Both the position numbers and the translations under genes were made by a program. This document shows, in pieces, positions 40,002-49,020 of a stretch of DNA of 56,686 nucleotides. How positions within the stretch are numbered: the first letter of the stretch is position 1; each line of letters opens with the position of its first letter. The stretch lies in IMG/VR virus record IMGVR_UViG_3300031578_000043; one strand, given 5' to 3'. The notes under the pieces were generated by a model that saw only the letters and a list, made by a program, of their open reading frames with translations, did not search any database and was not told where the DNA came from. Origin of the DNA: a virus.

Positions 40002-41129
40002 ATGATGTTAGGCGGAAGCGGAATCGGCCTCGGTCTGAGGGGGAAAGTAACCAACGCACTGACGTTGCCGGCGGGGGAGACTTACATCGTCCCTGCGGGG
40101 AACTACGCCGTCAATCTTGGTCCATACACTGAGCTTCAATATCTCGATCCTGTTACCGGGATTTGGAGAACTCAGTTATGGCCGGGGCAAGACGGGCAAT
40201 TCGCAATCGACGGCGCGAACTACCGCCTTGCCAATCTCACCGGCTGCCCCGTAGCCGCTGTCATCACGACCGCGCTTGCGACTGGCGCAGCGACCGGCAT
40301 CGGCGTAACTGCAACGCTCATGACCGTCACGGCTTCGTCCGGTTCTTCGACCTGGTGCCCGATTGTCGGCGGTGCGCTTTCGCTGACCTGCGTTACCGGC
40401 GTCACCGGATCGAGCGTCGGTGCTGGCTATCTTTTCCCGCCAACAGCGATCATTTCGGCGCCGCCTCCCGGCGGTCTTCAGGCGACGGCTCACGTTACCG
40501 GAATTCCGACGACCGGCGCGTTGCTTGCCGCTCAAGTCATCATCGACAACCAGGGCGCGGGTTATCCTGTAGCCTCGACCGGGATTTCGACGGCGACCAT
40601 CACCTTCGTCAACGACCCTCGGGACACCGCAGGCAGCGGCGCCACTGTTCGCCTTGGCGCGACCGGAACCGGGCAGTTGACGGCTCTGTATCCGCTGACC
40701 CAAGGCGTTCCGCTGACGGGGGCTCCGACGCTGGCGTTCGGCGTGGGCGCGGCTGGCGCTACGTCGATCATGAACTTCACCGTGACTGCGATTGCCTCTG
40801 GCACGACGAACACGCAGACCTACGCCACGGGCACAACCCCAATCGTTACCACCATCGGGAACATCGTTTCGGCTACACCTGCCTGGACGAATCCGATTCA
40901 CGAAAAAGCCTCCACCTTCCCGCGGCCGGCGCGGATTCAGGCGGGTCTGGCTTCGAACGTCGTTACCTCAACGGGCGCCGTTGTCGAAGATGGCGGGTTC
41001 GGGATTCAACAAGCCCCGAGCGCGATTGTCATTGGGCAACTGCTGGCGATTACCGGCGTGACGCTGGGGACCGCTCCGCTGCTTACGATTGGCGGCGTGA
41101 CGGACACAAGTTGGCTGCAGCCGATCTAA
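40002..41129 (+). CDS. Thr/Ser/Gly/Ala-rich capsid-associated protein (decoration/head-fibre candidate)
   Basis: 375 aa with repeated G-x-G-Y and T/S-rich beta-like segments, directly after the capsid gene. Confidence 0.45.
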   Translation: MMLGGSGIGLGLRGKVTNALTLPAGETYIVPAGNYAVNLGPYTELQYLDPVTGIWRTQLWPGQDGQFAIDGANYRLANLTGCPVAAVITTALATGAATGIGVTATLMTVTASSGSSTWCPIVGGALSLTCVTGVTGSSVGAGYLFPPTAIISAPPPGGLQATAHVTGIPTTGALLAAQVIIDNQGAGYPVASTGISTATITFVNDPRDTAGSGATVRLGATGTGQLTALYPLTQGVPLTGAPTLAFGVGAAGATSIMNFTVTAIASGTTNTQTYATGTTPIVTTIGNIVSATPAWTNPIHEKASTFPRPARIQAGLASNVVTSTGAVVEDGGFGIQQAPSAIVIGQLLAITGVTLGTAPLLTIGGVTDTSWLQPI

Positions 41130-41143
41130 CCTCATGAGGCTTC

Positions 41144-41998
41144 ATGGAACAGCCTCAAGGGTATGTCGATACGGTGCTCGATGATGGTCGTGTTACGCCT
41201 CTGACGATTCAGACGTACACGCTCATCGAGCAAGGGCATCTAGCCAAAAACATCGTCGAGAACCTTGGGAGGGACATTCCAAGGTTCGTCAATCGTGTCG
41301 GGCTGGGTCAGATCAGGCACGCCCCTCTTGCGATAGTCTGCGCGGGGCCGACTCTCGTTGAAACAATCGACCGGGTACGCGACTTCGAAAACGTACTCGT
41401 CTGCGGATCTGCTCACGATTTCGTTGTTCGTCAAGGCATCATCCCGAACTACGCCGTGGTGTGCGACGGCGGCAAAGATGACAAGGGCAATCTGTCACTG
41501 CCTCAGAAAGATACGACCTACCTCATCGCCTCTCAGTGCGATCCGAGTTTGTTCGATCACCTGTCTGACTACCATGTGGAAATGTGGCACTACCGCGGCC
41601 AAGCTGCGCCCACAATAGAGGAAGAAGGCAGGGTGCTTAACGGGGAGCCGTCCTTGGCGTGGGGGTCAAGCGTCGGCATCGTTTCGATATCGCTTGCGAT
41701 GCACCTTGGATTTCAGCACATCCATTTCTTCGGTCTTGACTCGTCCTACGGAGACCACGGGATGAGCCATCACTGCTGCAAAATAGCAGGCAGCATGGAG
41801 TACAAGAAAGTGCCAGTCAAAGTCGGAGAGAAAGTTTTTATTTCCGACTTGGCATTGATGGAACAGACCAATCAATTTTTCCGTTTTATTGAAACGCAGC
41901 ATCAATTCATCCACGGCACTATTCACGGCAACGGTTTAATCGCTGAAATGGCGAGACAAGGAGAGCCTGGGCTAGAGAAGTACATCAGCCTCGCATGA
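41144..41998 (+). CDS. DUF115/Maf-like (motility-associated-factor family) putative nonulosonic-acid transferase
   Basis: PLAIVCAGPTL...LVCGSAHDFVVRQGIIPNYAVVCDG...YLIASQCDP...GSSVGIVSISLAMHLGFQHIHFFGLDSSYG follows the conserved DUF115 pattern (GPSL loop, I-PD-x-V-x-x-D, GGSV...A..LG...I.L.G.D). Confidence 0.55.
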   Translation: MEQPQGYVDTVLDDGRVTPLTIQTYTLIEQGHLAKNIVENLGRDIPRFVNRVGLGQIRHAPLAIVCAGPTLVETIDRVRDFENVLVCGSAHDFVVRQGIIPNYAVVCDGGKDDKGNLSLPQKDTTYLIASQCDPSLFDHLSDYHVEMWHYRGQAAPTIEEEGRVLNGEPSLAWGSSVGIVSISLAMHLGFQHIHFFGLDSSYGDHGMSHHCCKIAGSMEYKKVPVKVGEKVFISDLALMEQTNQFFRFIETQHQFIHGTIHGNGLIAEMARQGEPGLEKYISLA

Positions 41999-42002
41999 AA
42001 AC

Positions 42003-42890
42003 ATGCTTGCTAAATATCTTTCAAGAACGTCGATCCTCCTACACGACGCTTCGTTTCAATTCTATCCGCAAGCCAATGTAATCTCGTTCATCAACGAGGC
42101 GAGGGGACAGGTAGCGGCCGAAGGACAGTGCATCAAAGTCCTGCCTCCCGGAACGAACGGAATCGCCTCGATTACCGTCAACACTGGCGGGAATTATGCG
42201 GGAACTCCTACGGTCGTCATCACCGGGCCTGGAAGCGGCGCCGTAGCGACTGCGCACATGACCGGGAGTGCCGTAACCAGCATCACCGTTGGCACGGCTG
42301 GAAGCGGTTATGACAACACCACGGTTATCAGTTTCACAGGCGGGACTCCCACGGTTCAGGCCACCGCAACCCCTGTCATCAACTGCGTCAACACCGTCGC
42401 CAATCAGGAAATCTACACCTTCTCCTCTGTCAATACGCTTGCTCAACTGACTGCGGGCGTCGCATCAATCCTATGGGTTTCGTCTGTAGCCGTTTCTTGG
42501 GGCGCGTTGAAGCCGACTCTGAGGCAGTGGAATTGGGACGACCTCCAAGCCTACATCCGGTCCTATCCCGTCGTCTCCGGTCAACCTGCGATGTTCGCTC
42601 AATTCGGCCAAGGCGAGGGCGGTTCGATTTATCTTCAACCCGTTCCAACTCAAGCCGCGGCGATGGAGTGGAACTGCGTCTGCACGCCGATTGATCTTGT
42701 TGATGACACGACGGCTGAGGCTATTCCTTATCCGTGGACCGATGCCGTCCCTTACTTCGCTGCGTATCTAGCGTTCCTGAGCGGAAGAAGGCCAATCGAA
42801 GCGAAAGGGATGTACGACATTTACGACGCGACGATGAAACGCTCGCGTTCCCAGAGCGAGTCTAGCTACATACCAGATTTCTACGCATAA
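42003..42890 (+). CDS. Virion structural protein (adaptor/neck candidate) with inserted G-x-G-Y repeat domain
   Basis: 295 aa in the head-tail joining region. Confidence 0.45.
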   Translation: MLAKYLSRTSILLHDASFQFYPQANVISFINEARGQVAAEGQCIKVLPPGTNGIASITVNTGGNYAGTPTVVITGPGSGAVATAHMTGSAVTSITVGTAGSGYDNTTVISFTGGTPTVQATATPVINCVNTVANQEIYTFSSVNTLAQLTAGVASILWVSSVAVSWGALKPTLRQWNWDDLQAYIRSYPVVSGQPAMFAQFGQGEGGSIYLQPVPTQAAAMEWNCVCTPIDLVDDTTAEAIPYPWTDAVPYFAAYLAFLSGRRPIEAKGMYDIYDATMKRSRSQSESSYIPDFYA

Positions 42891-44656
42891 TGGCCCAACT
42901 CGATCAAATCCTCGCGCAAGAAACGCCGCCGCTTTTCTACCTTCAAGGTTTCGACGGAGTTAACCTTCACGACGACCGCAGGGCTATAGGCGATCAAGAA
43001 TGTTCGTGGATGGAGAACTTCATTCCCCTCGGGGCGGGGAATGCGAGGACGCTCTACGATAACGCGACAATCCTTTACACCGCTGCCCATACCATCGTCT
43101 ATGACTTTTCGTTCAACATCGGGACGACGTTTTACAAGGCCCTGTTTCTTTCCAACGGCTCTGCAATAGCGGTCAATCTCGCTGGCGGCACGACCTCGAT
43201 GGGCGGGGCCGGGACGTTCGCTGTTTCTCCAAGCCTTCCTGCGTGCGCTCAGTGGGGCGCCTCAGGCATAGTCATTGTGACCTCCGCTGGATACTACGCT
43301 TGGGACGGTACGCTTTATTCTCCCGGTGCCTTTGCTCCCGCGTGGCTGTGCGGGTTCACTACTCTGGTTACAACCGGAACGACGCATACCAACACGACGC
43401 TTGACTCGGTTGGAAGCGTGGTGGGTATCGTTACCGGAATGACGGTCACAAGCGGGACCGGAGATATTCCTGTCGGGACTCTGGTTCAAACCTTCACTTC
43501 GGGGCCGAACGTCATTACGCTGACTCAAGCTGCGACGGGCTCTAATTCAGGCGAAGTGATTAACGTCGGCTGGGCGATGCCCTCTGGTCTTACCGGAACT
43601 GCAATCGAGTTCTACCAGCAAAGAGCATGGGTAGTGAACGGCGCTGAGATTTCGTTTTCCGCTCCAGCGAACGGGGCGAACTTTTCAACGGCGAATGGCG
43701 GCGGGACGATTATCTCAAGCGATGGTTTCCTGAAAACCGCTTTCCTGAACGTCAAGCAGTGCAATAGCTTTTTGTACCTCTTTGGCGACGGCTCGATCAA
43801 TGTCGTCTCGAATGTGCAGACTTCGGGCTCCCCATCGGTAACGACGTTCAACAATCAGAACGTGGACCCTCAGACCGGATTGGGATGGAGGGACGCATTG
43901 ACCGTTTTGGGAAACTCGGTGTGCTTCGTGAATCCTACCGGGGTGTACCAACTCTACGGCGGTAACGCAGTTAAGATTTCGAGCAAGATCGACAAACTCT
44001 TTGAGAAGGCGAATTTCTCCACGATAAAGCCGACCCTGTTCGTGACCTCGCTTTTCGGCGTTCGCTGTTTGGGCATGGTGATAAATACCCTGGACCCGAC
44101 GACGGCCACGCAAAGAACGTTGATGTGCCTGTGGAACGAAAAGAAATGGTTCATCGCTTCGCAGACTTTGACCGGCATTTACGCGACGACGATGCAGGTA
44201 GGGGCAAATCCGCAAGGGTGGGCGAACGACGGATTGAATGTATTTCAGCTTTTCCAAACACCATCGAATACGTTGCAGAAAAAGATTCAGTCGAAGCTCT
44301 GGGCTGGACGCTCTAACCTCATCTTCAAAACGGTCATGGACGTTTATACGGAGGCGCAAGACGAAAGCAATACAGGCGTCGTTTTGAGCGGGACACTGGA
44401 TTCTGACACGCAGGCAGCGGTACCGTTCACGATCAATTCAAACATCACGTTCCAGAATAATGCGCTTGGCACGATCACCTTCGTCAACAATGCAAATCAG
44501 GCTTTGAATTTCACGACCAATCCGCAAGGGGTTCAAGGATCTGGCGCAAGTCAAGTCGGGATGAGACTCGGGCTTACTTTTACCTCTACATCTGAGGACT
44601 TCACGCTGATCGGGTGTGGCGTGAGTTATTGCGAAGAAAGCTACTATGGACATTGA
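42890..44656 (+). CDS. Virion structural protein (tail tube/nozzle candidate)
   Basis: 588 aa, start overlaps the upstream stop (TAATG). Confidence 0.45.
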   Translation: MAQLDQILAQETPPLFYLQGFDGVNLHDDRRAIGDQECSWMENFIPLGAGNARTLYDNATILYTAAHTIVYDFSFNIGTTFYKALFLSNGSAIAVNLAGGTTSMGGAGTFAVSPSLPACAQWGASGIVIVTSAGYYAWDGTLYSPGAFAPAWLCGFTTLVTTGTTHTNTTLDSVGSVVGIVTGMTVTSGTGDIPVGTLVQTFTSGPNVITLTQAATGSNSGEVINVGWAMPSGLTGTAIEFYQQRAWVVNGAEISFSAPANGANFSTANGGGTIISSDGFLKTAFLNVKQCNSFLYLFGDGSINVVSNVQTSGSPSVTTFNNQNVDPQTGLGWRDALTVLGNSVCFVNPTGVYQLYGGNAVKISSKIDKLFEKANFSTIKPTLFVTSLFGVRCLGMVINTLDPTTATQRTLMCLWNEKKWFIASQTLTGIYATTMQVGANPQGWANDGLNVFQLFQTPSNTLQKKIQSKLWAGRSNLIFKTVMDVYTEAQDESNTGVVLSGTLDSDTQAAVPFTINSNITFQNNALGTITFVNNANQALNFTTNPQGVQGSGASQVGMRLGLTFTSTSEDFTLIGCGVSYCEESYYGH

Positions 44657-45000
44657 TCGTGTCTGAAATCATCGGCCTCATCGGATTCGACGCCGAAGAC
44701 CAAGGCGCTTCGGACAGGTGGGCGTTCTCGAACGCAAACCATCATACTGCGGTTCACGCCGCAATTCAGGCGGCGGGAAAGGGGAATCTTGCCGTCACTG
44801 AAATCTACCCTTTTCGTTGGGAAAACCCGAGCCAATTTCTGTTGCGGCATCAAAGTTTGCACAATGCGGTGAACCAGACATTAGGTGTTGCTGGAACGGA
44901 CCTTACGGGTATAGACTTCAAGAACAAAGCCCAATTGGATCAATGGAATCAGGCGCATTTCGATGAACACAAAACTTGGGCGGCTTTACTAGGAATTTAA
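44653..45000 (+). CDS. Hypothetical structural-module protein (start uncertain: TTG 44653 or GTG 44659)
   Basis: ORF open from 44614 with no ATG. Overlaps the upstream stop. Confidence 0.4.
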   Translation: MIVSEIIGLIGFDAEDQGASDRWAFSNANHHTAVHAAIQAAGKGNLAVTEIYPFRWENPSQFLLRHQSLHNAVNQTLGVAGTDLTGIDFKNKAQLDQWNQAHFDEHKTWAALLGI

Positions 45001-45002
45001 TC

Positions 45003-45347
45003 ATGGACACCAGTGCGTCAAACGGCCCATTTTCGGATATGTTGGCAAGTACATCTGCGGGAGATTCAGGTGAAATTCACGATGCCGCACAGGCAGCGTT
45101 AAAATCTCATGGATTATCTGGTGGATGGACCGGAACCGTTGAACATGACGGGGAGCAAATAGGTGTTAAAAATGGGTTGGCACATTTTAACGGGCAAGTG
45201 TATATCGTAAGTGACGACGGGCGATTAGTTGTAGATCAAAATAAAAGATTGGTCGGGGTGATACAAAATGGCAAGGTAGAAAACCCAACGCCGGAAATCA
45301 TAGATCAACTACAGCGTCAAGGAGCAACGCAGAATGGGCCATCTTAA
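45003..45347 (+). CDS. Hypothetical protein (A/T-rich codon usage)
   Basis: 114 aa from ATG 45003. Confidence 0.45.
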   Translation: MDTSASNGPFSDMLASTSAGDSGEIHDAAQAALKSHGLSGGWTGTVEHDGEQIGVKNGLAHFNGQVYIVSDDGRLVVDQNKRLVGVIQNGKVENPTPEIIDQLQRQGATQNGPS

Positions 45348-45705
45348 TGAATGGTTAGTAAAGCGTCGCGGGCGATTTTATTCTGGAGAAACGCTCCGTC
45401 AATCTGTTGATGCTTTTTTAAGCATGGTTGAGAATGGCGCTACCGTACATGAGTTTCCGGATGCAATTATAGTTCTTGAGAACTATGGGCTACCAGGAAA
45501 CGTAAGAGGTTGGTTGTTGTTTGATAAATTTACAAGAGGCACGGCTAAAGCAATAAAAAAAGTGTCTGACGAATTCGATGGAAAAGCTATTTATGCCTCT
45601 ACGCACGATGAAAGGATAGCAAATCTTCTGAAACAGTTTGGCTACATCGAATATGAAAAAGATGAGCACGATTTCTTTTTAAGAAAGGATTGTCATGGGC
45701 TGTAG
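45334..45705 (+). CDS. Hypothetical protein (A/T-rich codon usage)
   Basis: 123 aa. Confidence 0.45.
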   Translation: MGHLNEWLVKRRGRFYSGETLRQSVDAFLSMVENGATVHEFPDAIIVLENYGLPGNVRGWLLFDKFTRGTAKAIKKVSDEFDGKAIYASTHDERIANLLKQFGYIEYEKDEHDFFLRKDCHGL

Positions 45706-47755
45706 CTTTTTAGCTCCCGTACAAAACGCTCTTGGAGGAGCTGTATCTGCTGCTGGTCCAATTTTAACAACAGTTGCCGGTACATTCTTAGGTCCAGTTG
45801 CAGGCGCTGCAGTAGGGGCGGTAACCGGCGCTATTGCAGCTAAACACAATGGCACATCGGCAAATGCGGGAGCATTAAAAGGTGCCATCAGTGGCGGCAT
45901 TAGTGGTGCTATAGGAGATTTTACTGGTACGTCAAGCAACGCTGCATCTGCTGGACTAAATTCTATGACAGGTGGGGTAGCTGGGGTTGCCCCAACGTAC
46001 GCACCTGTTGCCGATCTATCCGGGGCCTTTAACGGCGGTGGTGTATCGGCCACTACTGGCGGGATGGTAACTCCAGGAAACTTTAACACTGGCGGTCTGG
46101 TGGACAGCACGACTGGCGCAGTCGGCGGAACGGGCGACACAGCTTCAAACTTCGGAAATTTACTCAACAGCACAAGCGCAGTTGACCCGCTTACGGGGCT
46201 GCCCGCTGACGCTACGCAAACGGCTATAAACAGCATCGGAACCTCTGCGAATACAGGACTGCCCGACTTAGGTACGGGGCTTCCTACGACGCCAGGAATG
46301 CCCGGCACAAGCACAGGAAACGCGGCGATCGACAGCTACCTGACAAATTCAGGGGTCAATCTCGCCAATAGCGGGGGTGCGCTTGTTCCCGGTCTTGGTT
46401 CTGCGGCGGCTATGCCGGAATTAGGTTCTACCAGCGGCGTCAGTGTGCCGAGGGTTTCTGGTGCGACTACTGTTCCTAGTGGTACTGTTCCGGGCGGTAC
46501 TGGCGCTGGAAGTAGCGGCGGTTCAGGCGCGGGCGGCACGAATCTAGGAAGTCTCGCTGGAATATCCGCCCTCATCCCTGGTCTTGCGATGATCGGATCT
46601 GTCGCTGCTGGAAATAAAGGCGCGGACACGTCGAATCTATCAGGCATCGCGGGAGATTTGACGACGATGGCCGGGTCGAACAAGCCGGATACCTCAGCCC
46701 TGAGCGGGATAGCGAACCAACTGACGACGGCGGCGGCAAATACGACGCCCGATACTTCGGGCCTGAGTTCTCTTGCAAGCCAATTGTCCACGAAGGCGGC
46801 AAACGAGCAACCGGATACATCGGCCTTGAGTGGCTTGGCATCCCAACTGACGACTGCCGCCGGAAATGCAACGCCTGATACATCGGCGCAAAGCGCATTG
46901 GCGGGACAACTAACCGGGGCTGGTTCGCTTGAGGCGCTTTTAACCTCGCAGGCAAATTCGTTGATTCCGAGCGTGTCAACCGGGAATCTTCCTCCGGGCG
47001 CGCAGACGCTTGTGAATAACGCATTGAACGACGCGACTACCTCGATCAAGTCAAAGTACGCACAACTAGGGCTTACCGGCTCTACGATGGAATCTCAGGA
47101 GCTTGCTTCTGCGAACGCTCAAGCTCAGGCTCAGTCATTCCAATACGCTCAACAATTGACGCAGATTGGCCTATCGGAAGCTGGTGCGGCGACCGGGGAC
47201 ATTACCAGCGCGGCGGGCATCCAAAGTTCAATCGCGCAGGAAAAACTCGCGGGTGCTGGTCTCTCGGCCTCCGACCTATCGAGCGCGGCGAACATTCAAC
47301 AAGCGATAATGAACGGGAAGCTCCAAGCCTCCAATTTGTCGTCAAGCGATTTGGCAAGTTCAGCCAATATCCAGCAGGCGATCATGCAGGGGAAAATATC
47401 CGCTGCCGGGTTGTCGGCGTCTGATTTGGCGAGCGCAGCGAATGTCCAAGGAACTATCATCAATGCCGGTCTGTCCGCTGCGGGTCTATCCGCAAGCGAA
47501 CTCGGTACGAGCGCGACGATCTACAACGATATTCTCCAACAGCAAGTCGCGCAGGACACAGCCCTTCAACAAGCTCTTGCGAACTTCGCCTCGGCTTCGG
47601 CTATCGGTGTGGGTCTTGCGGCGGGCGGTGGAGGCAGCGGAAGCAACGCGAGCGGCGTCGTCAATTCATTGTCCGGTTTAGGGACGGGGTTTAGCAACCT
47701 GCTCGGGTCGATTGGGACCGGGGTGAGCAATCTATTTAGTTCAGCAACGAGTTAA
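45695..47755 (+). CDS. Gly/Ser/Thr/Ala-rich internal virion (ejection) protein candidate with two tandem-repeat arrays
   Basis: 686 aa, low complexity, with 21-aa x5 and 25-aa x4 repeats. First of three large genes before the tail fibres. Confidence 0.45.
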   Translation: MGCSFLAPVQNALGGAVSAAGPILTTVAGTFLGPVAGAAVGAVTGAIAAKHNGTSANAGALKGAISGGISGAIGDFTGTSSNAASAGLNSMTGGVAGVAPTYAPVADLSGAFNGGGVSATTGGMVTPGNFNTGGLVDSTTGAVGGTGDTASNFGNLLNSTSAVDPLTGLPADATQTAINSIGTSANTGLPDLGTGLPTTPGMPGTSTGNAAIDSYLTNSGVNLANSGGALVPGLGSAAAMPELGSTSGVSVPRVSGATTVPSGTVPGGTGAGSSGGSGAGGTNLGSLAGISALIPGLAMIGSVAAGNKGADTSNLSGIAGDLTTMAGSNKPDTSALSGIANQLTTAAANTTPDTSGLSSLASQLSTKAANEQPDTSALSGLASQLTTAAGNATPDTSAQSALAGQLTGAGSLEALLTSQANSLIPSVSTGNLPPGAQTLVNNALNDATTSIKSKYAQLGLTGSTMESQELASANAQAQAQSFQYAQQLTQIGLSEAGAATGDITSAAGIQSSIAQEKLAGAGLSASDLSSAANIQQAIMNGKLQASNLSSSDLASSANIQQAIMQGKISAAGLSASDLASAANVQGTIINAGLSAAGLSASELGTSATIYNDILQQQVAQDTALQQALANFASASAIGVGLAAGGGGSGSNASGVVNSLSGLGTGFSNLLGSIGTGVSNLFSSATS
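46622..46936 (+). repeat. 63-bp tandem repeat x5 (coding, PDTSALSG-A-QLTTAA-N--)
   Basis: Unit starts read at 46622, 46685, 46748, 46811 and 46874. Confidence 0.85.
47258..47557 (+). repeat. About 75-bp degenerate tandem repeat x4 (coding, GLSASDL-SAANIQQAIM-GK)
   Basis: Seen in translation: four consecutive 25-aa units. Confidence 0.7.
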
Positions 47756-47757
47756 TC

Positions 47758-49020
47758 ATGGCCGATAATTTTTCCTCTGTAGTCGATTCCGCGATGACCC
47801 CGCCTGCGTCCACTTCACCGCGCGACATGATTATGACGCTGCCTGCGGAGATCGAGAAAAAACAAACAGCGGCGCTCGGTGAATTGAAGGCGAAAGAACA
47901 GGCTTCGATGACGAAGCAGGACGCCCTCTATTCCGACGCCATGAAGAAGTACAACGCGGCAATGTCGAACGTCAAGCCGGTGGAGGACGCGAATCTTCAA
48001 AACCCGCCTGACGCGCCAAATCAGAAGTTCCAAGATCCCACTCAAGTTCTCGGGAGCCTCGGAACGGTCCTCGCTATTTTCGGTTCGATGAAAACGCGCG
48101 CACCGATGACCTCGGCGTTGAATTCGATGGCCGCTGCGATGAAAGGATTTCATCAAGGCGATCAGGAGGCGGTCAAACTCAACACGGAGAAGTGGCAGAA
48201 CGATTTCAAAAAATCCCTCGCTCAAAACCAGATCGAAATGCAGCGATACACCACGGCGCTCGAAAAGAACAAATTCAGCATGGAATCGGCGCAATCCGAG
48301 TTGCGCGTTCTCGCTGTTGAAATGCAGGACAAGCAGATGCACGACGCGATAGAACAGGGCGACTATACGAAGCAGTCCGCTATTTTGTCTGGCCGGCTGA
48401 ATGCTGGGATGAAAGGTGCGGAGACGTTGGCGAAGATGGATGCGACCAAGGCGCAGCAAGCGCAGACGAACGAAATGCGTAAGGAGTCGCTGGATTTGCG
48501 CCGTCAAGAACTTTACGCAAAGTCCGACAAAGCCGCTCAAAAAGTCGTTGACGAAGGAAAGGCAGGGGACAGGGCGGTGCAGATCATCGAAGAAATGAAG
48601 GGGATTCTTCAAACCAATTCCGGTGTTACCGGCATGGCTGGTATGGTCAAGCGCCCGATGGAAAGCGTTCTCTCGATGCTGGGTCAAGGCGAGGGTGGGC
48701 CAGCGCACGAATACGAGTCTTTGGCGCGCGAACTCCAGACCATTCTTCGGCAGACGCCGCAGTTCAACTACAAGGGGCGTATGCTGTCTCGGGACGTTGC
48801 GAATCAGGACACCATCGTTCGCGGGATGAAGTTCGGTGATACAGGCTCTATCTCGATGGATCAACTCAACCACGTTGAAAATCTTCTAACAGGTCAAGGG
48901 GCTGGTTTTTCAGATCCGGGCGGTAAGGCGACTGGCGGCGGAATCGGAACTGAGCGTAAAATACTCGACGGGGTGGGATACACCAAGCGAAACGGTGAAT
49001 GGTTTCAGGACACACCATGA
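47758..49020 (+). CDS. Internal virion protein candidate
   Basis: 420 aa, helical and charged. Confidence 0.4.
   Translation: MADNFSSVVDSAMTPPASTSPRDMIMTLPAEIEKKQTAALGELKAKEQASMTKQDALYSDAMKKYNAAMSNVKPVEDANLQNPPDAPNQKFQDPTQVLGSLGTVLAIFGSMKTRAPMTSALNSMAAAMKGFHQGDQEAVKLNTEKWQNDFKKSLAQNQIEMQRYTTALEKNKFSMESAQSELRVLAVEMQDKQMHDAIEQGDYTKQSAILSGRLNAGMKGAETLAKMDATKAQQAQTNEMRKESLDLRRQELYAKSDKAAQKVVDEGKAGDRAVQIIEEMKGILQTNSGVTGMAGMVKRPMESVLSMLGQGEGGPAHEYESLARELQTILRQTPQFNYKGRMLSRDVANQDTIVRGMKFGDTGSISMDQLNHVENLLTGQGAGFSDPGGKATGGGIGTERKILDGVGYTKRNGEWFQDTP

Noticed and set aside
40163-41137. A 324-aa alternative plus-frame ORF and a 241-aa minus ORF over gene 40002..41129
   Set aside because: Their extremely Arg-rich translations are characteristic of the wrong frame in GC-rich coding DNA. 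The 40002 frame is coupled to its neighbours.
45679-47049. Minus-strand ORFs of 211 and 237 aa, plus other overlapping frames
   Set aside because: They lie over the low-complexity, repeat-rich Gly/Ser/Thr gene. Repeats keep several frames open by chance.
47815-48873. A 352-aa minus-strand ORF
   Set aside because: It is antisense to the 420-aa structural gene in a unidirectional late operon. It has an Arg/His/Leu-rich composition typical of reverse-frame translation.
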